From Mytilus trossulus (Eukaryota): 64,000 bases of DNA. The stretch spans positions 44,702,001-44,766,000 of the forward strand of contig NC_086375.1 of the NCBI RefSeq assembly GCF_036588685.1. The letters run 5' to 3'. Of this stretch, positions 13,601 to 25,700 are shown piece after piece; within the stretch, counting starts at the first letter, position 1; the number at the start of each line of letters is the position of its first letter. Below the pieces are notes generated by a model, which was not told where the DNA came from, searched no databases, and worked only from the letters and a program-made list of their open reading frames with translations. The position numbers and the translations under genes were made by a program.

Positions 13601-16600
13601 ACACTCAAGTGGTTTTCAGCCAATATATAAAGATTCTACCAATACATACAGTGTGAGAAGATATTTCACACCTGAGACTTCAACTTTAAAATAAAATTGA
13701 AATGGGAGTCTTGCTGCAGGTTTTATTAGAATACATATTTCAAATTTAGCTCTTGAAAGAAGAGAAAGATCCAATTCAACAGAATATGATGGAATCTGTT
13801 TCCCTTATTATTTTAGAGGATATCAGGAGAAAGTCATTTCTTCTGTTCCTATGATCTTCAAAAATGAGGGGTGATTTTTTTCAGTGAGACCTTATCACTC
13901 ATCAGGCATAGTTGCCTTTTTCAACTTGAGGTCATATTAGCTAAAATCAGATATTTGGAAAATTTGACAAACTGAGATTATGCATACCATGATACCACCC
14001 CTTGATAATTTATAAAATAATAATCATCTCTTTATGGATATTATAAATATAATAACTTTTTACATACCAACAGAATTTCTCATCACCTACCTGTTTTTAA
14101 TGATTCTTTAATTTCTTTATCCTTATGGACTAGCAGGTCCATCAGATTCATTGTATCTGGGGCATCAGGTCTTTGCTGTCCTTTAGGTGTGCTCATTATC
14201 TCAAATAATTCCCTGTCAAATAAATAAAATCATTCATTACATTTGAAAGAAAGTTGCTGAAGTTTCAAATCTGGAAAAAAGACTTGTCTATACCAGAAAC
14301 TTTTAACACAATACTTTTTTTTAAAGTAATACTCAGTACACCAAATGGCAAACACAGGATGGTCAGATATGTTTTAAATATATTGTAAAGTTAGATATGT
14401 TTGCAATTTACAAACATATCTAACTTTACAATTTAGTTTCAAGAATTTTGAAAGACAAAAAAACATTGATAATTGATATATTTTTATACAAACCAACTTA
14501 AGGCTAATAAATTTCTTATTCTTATTCTTATTCTTAAGGCAAATATTATCTTTAAACCTTCTTGAAAATAAAGTCTGGAATAAAATTATAAAATTAATGA
14601 TTCTGGAAAGGGCTACATATATGTACAACATAATCTAGAAACAAATATTCTTTAATTAAACCTTTCTCCAGAGCCAGAATATAAATCTAACAAATATTCT
14701 AATTGCATGAACAAGTGCTGTTTTTAAATAAAAATACAAGAATAGTACATCTAACGGGAAATTAATCTGATAGACTTTTAAGTAAAAAGTTGATATAATC
14801 CAGAACATTACGAGACTGCAAAATTTCTAGGTATTGGAAGGGTCTATATGAAAAATTATCAGAACGTTAACTGCACAATAAATTCAGCACATTATTTGAA
14901 GCGCTAGTGGTAAGTAGATATATTTTGTCATATAAAACGGCCATTGAGTATGATTTACATGATGTGAACTATTTAATAATGGTTTGTGAAAGTTATTGTA
15001 ACTCGAATGGCATCAGCGCCATTTTAGTATCACCCTGTTTGCATTTTGAACCTTTCTGTGATGGAATGAATGCAGTTATGACAAAGGAGTAGGTCCAGTA
15101 AGACCCCTTTTTGGCCCCAAAACATGGCAGTTTTACAAAATTGTTAAAATGTAAACTTTTAATTATTATTGGACAGTAGAATGCTTCTGTCATATAAATA
15201 TGGGCTGTTTTTGACAATTCAATGCACATATATCAGGAACTAGTACCATTACGTTATGCTAAATTACTAAAATTTTCACAATTCTATCATTTTAGTAAAA
15301 TTTAAACGGTTTTCGTGTGAAAGGAAAGTGGCCGCATTCCTGTTCATCCTTTATATTGAAATGTAAGTTGTATTTTATGATGATACATAACATATACAAA
15401 GGTTGAGGATGAACACCGATGTGGCCACTTTCATTTTTGACAAAATAACATCTGAAAAGTGACAATTTTCGGCATATTTGGTAGATTTTTCATATTTGAG
15501 CTTGAATCGGGTCGTTTTTAATAACTAAATCAGTTAAAATCTATTACATATACTAATTTAAATGAAATAGACATTTAAGTGTTTAAATAGTGGTCAAAAT
15601 CTTTCGTACATGTAAGATGAACCTGAAATTTGAGGCCAAACCGGTCTTTACCGGACCTACTCCTTTGAATTGAAAGATCACAAATTTAATAAACTGTATT
15701 CACTGAATACTTAGTTTTAATGACATTTTATTTAAAGTATCAAACATTATTAAGATCAAGATGATAGAATGTGAGTATGTACATGTACATTGTTTTTGTA
15801 ACATGTATACTACACACTCATTTTCATCCATTTCCATACACGTCATTTGTTAACTAAGACAAGACAGTATAATCAGTTTTAATAAGGTAGTGTCAAATCA
15901 TGTCAATTTATAAATATGTATATGTTTATGTATCTTGCCAAACAACAGAACAAGGACCCATGTCTAAGGGGGGTCTCCTTGGGCGGGGTTCTGATCCTGG
16001 ATCCCGCTTACTGTTTTGTCAGATTCCTGAATCCTGCTTACACTATGTACGTAAGCAATTCTCATTTTTTTGTCATTTAGCGGGTCCCGCTAGACCTCAT
16101 TGCCTATTTTCACGACACAATAGTTTGACTTTTAAGTGTCCCGCTAACAAAAAATTGGCAATCCCGCGTCTCGCTTAGACCCCTGAGACCCACTCTTAGT
16201 CTATCATTGATAAATAAAATAATTAAATGGTAAAATTAAGGATTTATATAATAAAGATCAGCAATATCCTTGTTAAAATTGGTAACCCTTTCACTTTTTC
16301 CCTCCACTTTTATTGTTTTAATTGGTAACCCTTTCACTTTTTCCCTCCACTTTTATTGTTTTAATTGGTAACCCTTTCACTTTTTCCCTCCACTTTTATT
16401 GTTTTAATTATCAAATAAGTGCAGTGCAGACAGAAAAGACAATCATGACAGTTTTCCAGGTTTCTGAAATTTGGTAGGAAAAAACCTAAAGCTGTCATTT
16501 TTATATGGTCTAGACCATGCATTTCATTTTGTGTTTCAAATATGTGAAACGACAGTAATACTATCAGTGAGATTACTTAGATATCAGCTCAACATCATCA

Positions 16601-16644
16601 ATTTGTTGTAAAAGTTTTTGTTTGGTGCTGATGGAAGAAGCCAT
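10662..16644 (-). CDS. MED4: Mediator of RNA polymerase II transcription subunit 4 (259 aa)
   Basis: Exons 16644-16577, 14212-14091, 13436-13321, 12423-12279, 11640-11485 and 10834-10662; all GT-AG, phase-consistent, 780 nt. Diagnostic [34 protein letters not shown] and C-terminal [22 protein letters not shown]. Confidence 0.95.
11356..11553. repeat. Local duplication of the 3' end of MED4 exon 5, including its donor site
   Basis: GACCTACCCATTG.TGTATTAGCTGATGACCTATTAC occurs at ~11388 and ~11478 (90 nt apart); a third partial copy lies at 11356-11385. Confidence 0.85.
15084..15665. mobile_element. MITE, ~580 bp
   Basis: TIR AAGGAGTAGGTCC.GTAAGACC / GGTCTTTACCGGACCTACTCCTT. A related element lies at 47306-47886. 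Confidence 0.75.
16277..16408. repeat. Minisatellite, ~43 bp x3, in MED4 intron 1
   Basis: AATTGGTAACCCTTTCACTTTTT(C)CCTCCACTTTTATTGTTTT repeated three times. Confidence 0.9.
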
Positions 16645-16771
16645 GCTGAATTATTTGACCAATAAATTATGCTGATAGAGAAGGAAAAATTTATGAACCA
16701 ATCGAATACACTTTCACATACAAGAAAAAGAAACCGGAAGTGAATGTCAATAAAATCAAAACAAACTCATC
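16645..16771. promoter_or_regulatory. Bidirectional promoter region MED4/EIF4E2
   Basis: Only 127 bp separate the divergent ATGs. It carries the ETS/GABP-type CCGGAAGT at 16734-16741 and CCAAT at ~16659 and ~16699. Confidence 0.7.
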
Positions 16772-19700
16772 ATGAACAACAAATTTGATGCGTACGTAAA
16801 ACATGCATAAATTCCTAACTGACCAATTATATTTAAAGACCCTTTAGTTAATCGCATGACACCTAGCAAATCCATTGACACATTTTTTCCGTAGGGTCAA
16901 TTTTTGTTCGGCAAAAGGCATAATTTTGACGTCATCAATTTGCCCAAACACGTGCAACTTATGAATAGTCAAAGCAGAACGGTCACCAAGATGAACAGGT
17001 TACATTTTTTAGGGCAAAACTAATGAAAACTGCAAATATTATTTTTCTTAATGTTTTCTTAATCATAAAATCCGACCATGGTACTTTTGTTTATTCGTGT
17101 GTATCAAAATTTCAACTTTGAATCAAAAATATGTGCCAACAGCTGTTCAGAGACCTTAGACTTTGCAGTATCATGATAAAAACAGATTTCCTAGCACTGT
17201 ACATGTACATTACTGTTACAATGAATGAAATAGTAGAAAAGCCTCTCAAGCTGAGATAAATGTAGTGCTTTGATCATCATTAATTACATGTATGCCTGTG
17301 TCACCATAAAGTGCATTTCAGAATTAATGTTGTGTGTTTCATTTCATGCAAAATTTCTTAGAAAACATTTAAGAATTTTTTGAGATGTTATATCTGTGAT
17401 AATGACAACACATCGTTTGTATTTGGATGTCATATGTATAATTTATCATGAAGTTATACATATGTTTGCTATAAGTATTATTCAAGTAGTACAAGTTTGA
17501 AATAATTCTTTTGTTAGCTTGAAAACTTTCTTTTTCATATACAAATAATGCATACATATGTCTTTAGAATGGTCTTTCGACAAAGGACAGCTATAAGAAG
17601 ATACATTGATTGTGCAGCAAAAGTGTTAATGAAATAAATTTAACTTATTTAATAATTGAGAGGAGATGATGAGTAAATAGCAATTAAATAGCAACCTAGC
17701 GACAAAAAAAAATCCAGACTTAGAAATTACTGTACAGTGATCAACCATAGCATTAATAGCCAAATGCCAAGTTTTTATATTTTAAGCTGTGAATCAATTT
17801 ATAAAAAGAAACTATCAAAGACATGCCATCAAAAACAAATAGCTAAAATATATGTATAAAAGGAAAAAAAAAATTACATGGGACAGTCGCATTCTCAACT
17901 ATCATGACTATATGCTTTTGTTATTTCAAACAATTCTATTGGTGAAATGTTATCACGAGACATGGAATAATTCAGTTAATTTTTATTCAATTGCAAGGAA
18001 GGACGAATAACCCTCAAAATTACACCAGCGGTGAATAACCCTATTATTCACCGGTGAATAACCTTTTGAGTTTGTTGATTTGTACTTAAGTTACCTCCCA
18101 TGAAAATGATGTCAAAGACTTAAATAAACAAAATAGCAACGTTCACATTACACTGGAATCCCACAGAGAGACAAGGAAATATGGCATTGGACATGAATAG
18201 AGCTGAGAGTGCCAGCAGCCGATAATATCTCTTATAAGCAGTCCTTTACCATTTTACAGGGCCATCAATATTTAACAAAAAGATTCTACATTTGTTGTAA
18301 ATTCGAGAAATTCAAACACAAATGTATTTTCAAACGTCAGTCTGTGTGTTATGTTGAAAATATAGACACTATAATAGTAAGTGTTTGAAATGCCCTTCCA
18401 CTGTTAGTTTGGTATAATAAAACAATTGTGGCCCCTTAGAATAGATGAATATCCAAAATTGGATATTCACTGTTTCAACAGGCCATAATTGTATATATAT
18501 AATAATTTCAGCTCGAGCATTTATTGTTGATTAACTACATTTATCATTATAAAGAGCTGGTCAAATACTAATGTAGCTAGAATGAAGACATCAGGGATGG
18601 GGTAATCGTAATCTCTAATCGTAATTGAAATGTAATTGATTACATTTTTTCAAGTAATTGACAGTAATCTGTAATCGAAGACATTTTCGATTACATGTAA
18701 TCGTAATTTAATCGATTACAGCAAAAAATTGGATGTAATCATCGATTACTTTTCGATTACATTTCGATTACTTTAGTAAAATAGTTTGATGAAAAACAAC
18801 CTATTTCAGAGGAAAATATGTATGTTATCACTTTAAAGTACAGATAAAATATTATGCATCAACAATACTTCAGAGTTAAGCAACTGCCTTATTTCTATCT
18901 ATTGTCTCAAGCTGCATTATGAGCAACCAGATCCCCTACCTAAATTTACTTTATATCAAGCTTTTTAAAACAAATGGATGTATAAGCTTGTCAATTATTC
19001 AAGAGCTTTAATATAAAAATAAATTTGAAATAATAAAATAGATCTTAAATAAGAAATGTTTCTGTCTTTCGTTAAGTTCTGTACTGCATTTTTAAAAGTA
19101 GTAAGTTTATTTGAATTATATTTCCTGAAAACACCATTTTCAATCAGAGTTGAAATTAAAGCTTAGAATAGATAATCAGTTGATTTCTTAAATGTTATGA
19201 TATACATGTATATAAATTGAATTAAAAAAAGAATAAAAAATCCTTTTAACATTAATGAACCAACGGCAACACATTGCAATTCTTTTTAGAAATAGATACA
19301 TGTATCCCTATGACACTATAAATATATTTTGTATATAATTTGATTGGAGAAGTCAACAAATCTTAACAATATTCTTGCCTTTCCTAATATGATGATCAAA
19401 GTCTTCTAATCAACAACAAACATAGGTTGTTTTTATTTCAATTATCTTATGTCTAGTTAAGAAGGAAATTTACAGTATTCAGTCCCAGGTTATAAATTGT
19501 ACCCAAATGGCAGTTAAATAATCTGTAATTAGGGTGGTTATCCAAACAAAAGGTTTAAATTATGCATGTCATTATAAAAATAAATTTTGATCTTAAAAAT
19601 TAGCTGAACTAATTAATTATTCTACTTTTTTTTATATTTCCTTAAACATTATAATTAACTATGCTAAAATATGTTTTTTTTTAAAGAGTGAAAACAAAAA

Positions 19701-22700
19701 GGCTAACTGAGGTCAGTAAGAAAGCAAATTTTTTTAAAAACAATTAGTTATGAATAAGTGTTTGTTGCAATGTGATGACATCTTTCATTTATGTTGAAAG
19801 TATAAATTTCAAGATTTTTTAAATATTTCTAATGTTCATCAAGAGATTTGATCTAAAAAAAAACAGCTATTAACTTATAATTTAGAAACAATGCTTTAAA
19901 TGATGCATTTGGTAAAGTTCTTAATTTCCACTATACAAATGTTGAGCAATATAATTGTGTTTATTCATGCTATTTTTTTGGTGAAATGTTGAGCATATAA
20001 TTGACAGTAATCGATTACATACCAAAATTTGAGTAATCGATTATTAATCGATTGCACAAAAATCCTTCATGTACTCGATTAGTAATTGATTACATTTGTC
20101 AGTAATCGTGCCCATCCCTGGAAGACATATATCAACAAGAGAATGGTTTATTCATTGAGGTGAATGCACATAATGTCCAATTTTGTAACAAGGGCATTTA
20201 TTGAGATGTATTGTAGTTATGTATTTAGAAACTGATTTTGAAATACATAGTAAAAGTATGATACATGAGTGATTGCTTTCCAATTTGAATTAATTTGTTT
20301 ATTGTAGATTAAAACAAGAGGATAGTGGTGAGGATGATCAAACAGAACAGAAAAATGAACAAGAAGAAACAGATTCTCCATTCAAAGTTCGACCTTCACC
20401 AGTAAGTCTTTAAAAGATAGTTTATGAAGATTGGAATGTTACATTTTGAAAATTTGATAAAACTTATACATGTATTTAAAACAAGAGAGACAAATTGGAT
20501 TGTGGTCTCTTCTAAAAAACTTGTCCATCTATTTTTCTGAGCTTTTGCAACAAATGTATGGTGGATTGATCATAACTGAAGTTATTTCAAACAGATCTAA
20601 TTGAAACTTTTGCACAATGTTAATCTTCCTCAGATAATACCCTTAAACAATTGTTTGATTGGTGTTGTCTACCCATTATATAATTGTAGCGTTTTATAGG
20701 TAGGTAGCGATTTTTATTTTGTGATGAAGTTTTTAAATGTCCAATCAACATAAAACTTAGTAAACATGTATTTGTTCTCTTTCTAATTTTAATGCCAAAT
20801 TAGAGTTTTGACCCCAATTTGGCAGTCCACTTATCAAAGAAAATAATAGTGTGAGTGATACATGTATTTACAAGTTGTTTCAGAGTTCTAATTATGAAGT
20901 AAGTCAATTAAAATTTAACAAGCATTTCACAATTCAATCTTGCTTTATTTGATTAAGTTTCAGTATAATTTACTGAGGGGTCATCCATGATTGCGAACCA
21001 TTTTCAAAAGTGTACAAAACATACTTTTCCTGACCCACTTGTCATCAAAAAGTGTACATCAACAATTTTCAGATTTCAGGAAGAGAATCAATCATTCTTA
21101 TTAAAAAGAAGATCCTGTCTATTATAGTAAAGTTTAATACAAAAATTTGCATTGAAAATAAACTAAAACATATCTGACTGTTTTATTTTTATTTAAAAAA
21201 AAAAGTGTACGGTAAAAAGGTTGATTTTTTAACCCCCTCCCCCCAAGTCTACGTTTTGTACACTTTGAAAAATGGTTTACAATTATCGATGAACCCATAT
21301 TAGCTCACCTGGCCTAAAAGGCCAAGTTAGCTTTTCTCATCACTTTGCGTCCGTCGTCTGTCGTCCGTCGTCATTAACTTTTACAAAAATCTTCTCCTCT
21401 GAAACTACCGGGCCAAATTAATCCAAACTTGGCCACAATCATCATTGATGTATCTAGTTTAAAGATTGTGTTTTTAGCTCACCTGGCCCAAAGGGCCAAG
21501 TGAGCTTTTCTCATCACTTGGCGTCCGGCGTCCGTCGTCCGGCGTCCGTCGTCGTCCGGCGTTAGCTTTTACAAAAATCTTCTCCTCTGAAACTACTGGG
21601 CCAAATCAAACCAAACTTGGCCACAATCATCATTGGTGTATCTAGTTTAAAAAATGTGTGGCGTGACCCGGTCATCCAACCAAGATGGCCGCCACGGCTA
21701 AAAATAGAACATAGGGGTAAAATGCAGTTTTTGGCTTATAACTCAAAAACCAAAGCATTTAGAGGAAATCTGACATGGGGTTAAAATGTTTATCAGGTCA
21801 AGATCTATCTGCCCTGAAATTTTCAGATGAATCGGTTAACCTGTTGTTGGGTTGCTGCCCCTGAATTGGTAATTTTGAGGAAATTTTGCTGTTTTTGGTT
21901 ATTATTTTGAATATTATTATAGATAGAGATAAACTGTAAACAGTAATAATGTTCAGCAAAGTTAGATTTACAAATAAGTCAACATGACCGAAATGGTCAG
22001 TTGACCCCTTTAGGAGTTATTGCCCTTTATAGTCAATTTTTAACCATTTTTCATAACTCTAAGTAATCTTTTACAAAAATCTTCTCCTCTGAAACTACTG
22101 AGCCAAATTAATCCAAACTTGGCCACAATCATCTTTGGGGTATCTAGTTTAAAAAATGTGTGGCGTGACCCGGTCAACCAACCAAGATGGCCGCCACGGC
22201 TAAAATTAGAACATAGGGGTAAAATGCAGTTTTTGGCTTATAACTCAAAAACCAAAGCATTTTGAGGAAATTTGACATGGGATAAAAATGTTTATCAGGT
22301 CAATATCTATCTGCCCTGAAATTTTGAGATGAATTCAATTGGACAATCGGTTGTTGGCTTGCTGCCCTCCAATTGGTAATTTTTAAAGAAATTTTGCCGT
22401 TTTTGGTTATTATCTTGAATACTATTATAGATAGAGATAAACTGTAAACAGCAATAATGTTCAGCAAAGTAAGATCTACAAATAAGTCAACATGACCTAA
22501 ATGGTCAATTGACCCCTTAAGGAGTTATTGCCCTTTATAGTCAATTTTTAACAATTTTCATTAATTCGGTAAATTTATGTAAATTTTTACCAAATATTTT
22601 TCTCTGTTACTAATGGGCAAGGTTCATTATAGATATAATTGTAAGAAGCAAGAACGTTCAGTAAAGTAAGAACTTCAAACACATCACCATCACCAAAATA

Positions 22701-25700
22701 CAATTTTGTCATGAATCCATTTGTGTCCTTTGTTTAATATGCACATAGACCAAGGTGAGCGACACAGGCTCTTTAGAGCCTCTAGTTTGACATGGCCAAC
22801 CATCCAAGATGGCCGCCATGGCTAAAAATAGAACATAGGGGTAAAATGCAGTTTTTGGCTTATAACTCAAAAACCAAAGCATTTAGAGCAAATCTGACAT
22901 GGGGTAAAATTGTTAATCTGGTCAACATCTATCTGCCCTGAAATTTTCAGATGAATCAGACAACCCATTGTTGGGTTGCTGCCCCTAAATTGGGAATTTT
23001 AAGAAAATTTTACTGTTTTTGGTTATTATCTTGAATATTATTATAGATGGAGATAAACTGTAAACAGCAATAATGTTCAGCAAAGTAAGATTTACAAATA
23101 AGTCAACATGGCCAAAATGGTCAGTTGACCCCTTTAGGAGTACTTGCCCTCTATAGTCAATTTTTAACCATTTTTCGTAAATATCCATGATCTTTTTCTC
23201 CTCTGAGGTAGCAATACACAGTTAGGAAAAAAACTTAAAATTGACACTCATAATTTTTAAACACCCCCTTTCCCCTCCTGTCTAACAAAGAAGGCTTTAT
23301 ATGTGTGTTATGCATGTATATACTTGTAGAAAGAGAATCTTCCATAGATTTGATTTCTAATGGTCATAAGGGTGAAATATAATCCCTTTTGGGTGTAACC
23401 ATGGCAACAATCTGCATTTCTTAGATACAAAATATAGCAAAAAAGGGGGGTGAACATGTCACAAAAGTCTCCAAAATTTGGTCTAAAGGAAAATTTCAAT
23501 GAATTACAGTGATACCTTTCCTGAATCCATAGGTTTATATCTATCAAGTGGTCCAAAAAAAATCATATGTCTTCCTGCTCGTTTTTCCATAAAATTGAAT
23601 TGAAAAGATCGAGCGCAAAATCTTTGTTGATAAACACTACAATAATTTATGGACCTATGAACGGTACGGATAGGAAAATACGGACTGTCAATCATTGAAA
23701 TGGCCTATAAAACATGTTAAAATCAATCTAAATGTTCATTTAAACCCACTAAGAAGGCTATATTATTCTTCAATTACCTAAAAATCAATTTAATTGTACA
23801 AAAACTTTCATATTTAAAAAATTCACAGGGGCCATAATGCGAAACTAAACTTCTAACTGTGTATTGCTACCTTAAGGATTAACATTTTTTTTCCCAATTC
23901 CACTTTAAATAGATTTCTGTTTTCTACTAGTTAAAACGAGCATTTTCGCCTGCTAGTTTTGAAAATCGGTTCAGAAATAAATATTTTATGAAGGTTAGCA
24001 GTTGACACTGAAATGCAACAAAAAAGTGATTTTATGAAACATGCCATGTCAAAGTGCATTTTCTCCTTTTTTAGTCAATTTTCTAAAACTATACCTTCTA
24101 AGCCTGTCTTTCCTTGTTTAAAAACCTAACTTAACCTTTACAGTAGACAACTTTTACAAGTTAAAGCTATTTTAAAGCTCTAGAATGTCAATTTTGTTGT
24201 GTATTACCATACCAAGGCCTTGGTTAAAATTTAGTCAATACTGAATTTATTTATAACAGCGGGGAAAAAATTGGGCTTAATTCATGCTAAATTGTGACTT
24301 TATACTTGCTAAAATAATAAATTTGATTTAGTCGCATGAAAAAATATAAAGCGTTCCCTTCTAAGGTTTCTACATAACGCGCAATCTTCTTTTCCAAGGG
24401 GTAGCCAATAAAGTATCAATTAATAACGGAACCAAGTCTATGTGTCAAAATGTCTATATTGGTTGCTAAGGACAATAAACAACAAAACTAACATACATTG
24501 TCATACTAAAGGTTGTTTCTTCCTTAGAATTGTATCTATAACCTAAATATCAATAGTTTTGTGGTATGTTTGTCTGAAAAAAAGGCAATTATTTGCTTTG
24601 TCAAATGCCATAAGGTAGCAATACACAGTTAGGAAAAAAACTTAAAATTGACACTCATAATTTTTAAACACCCCCTTTCCCCTCCTGTCTAACAAAGAAG
24701 GCTTTATATGTGTGTTATGCATGTATATACTTGTAGAAAGAGAATCTTCCATAGATTTGATTTCTAATGGTCATAAGGGTGAAATATAATCCCTTTTGGG
24801 TGTAACCATGGCAACAATCTGCATTTCTTAGATACAAAATATAGCAAAAAAGGGGGGTGAACATGTCACAAAAGTCTCCAAAATTTGGTCTAAAGGAAAA
24901 TTTCAATGAATTACAGTGATACCTTTCCTGAATCCATAGGTTTATATCTATCAAGTGGTCCAAAAAAAAATCATATGTCTTCCTGCTCGTTTTTCCATAA
25001 AATTGAATTGAAAAGATCGAGCGCAAAATCTTTGTTGATAACCACTACAATAATTTATGGACCTATGAACGGTACGGATAGGAAAATACGGACTGTCAAT
25101 CATTGAAATGGCCTATAAAACATGTTAAAATCAATCTAAATGTTCATATAAACCCACTAAGAAGGCTATATTATTCTTCAATTACCTAAAAATCAATTTT
25201 ATTGTACAAAAACTTTCATATTTAAAAAATTCACAGGGGCCATAATACGAAACTAAACTTCTAACTGTGTATTGCTACCTGAAACTACCGGGCCAAATTA
25301 ATCCAAACTTGGCCACAATCATCATTGATGTATCTAGTTTAAAGTTTGTGTTTTTTTACCCGGCCAACCAACCAAGATGGCCGCCATGGCTCAAAATAGA
25401 ACATAGGGGTAAAATGCAGTTTTTGGCTTATAACTCAAAAACCAAAGCATTTAGAGCAAATCTGACATGGGGTAAAATTGTTAATCTGGTCAACATCTAT
25501 CTGCCCTGAAATTTTCAGATGAATCAGACAACCCATTGTTGGGTTGCTGCCCCTAAATTGGGAATTTTAAGAAAATTTTACTGTTTTTGGTTATTATCTT
25601 GAATATTATTATAGATGGAGATAAACTGTAAACAGCAATAATGTACAGCAATTTAAGACTCAAAAATAAGTCAAATGACCAAAATGGTCAATTGACCCCC

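Noticed and set aside
23207-25279. LTR/TRIM retroelement with 665-bp LTRs
   Set aside because: The repeats end GG...CC with 19-bp TIRs and a 3-bp TSD, not TG...CA with a 4-6-bp TSD. I saw no PBS or PPT.
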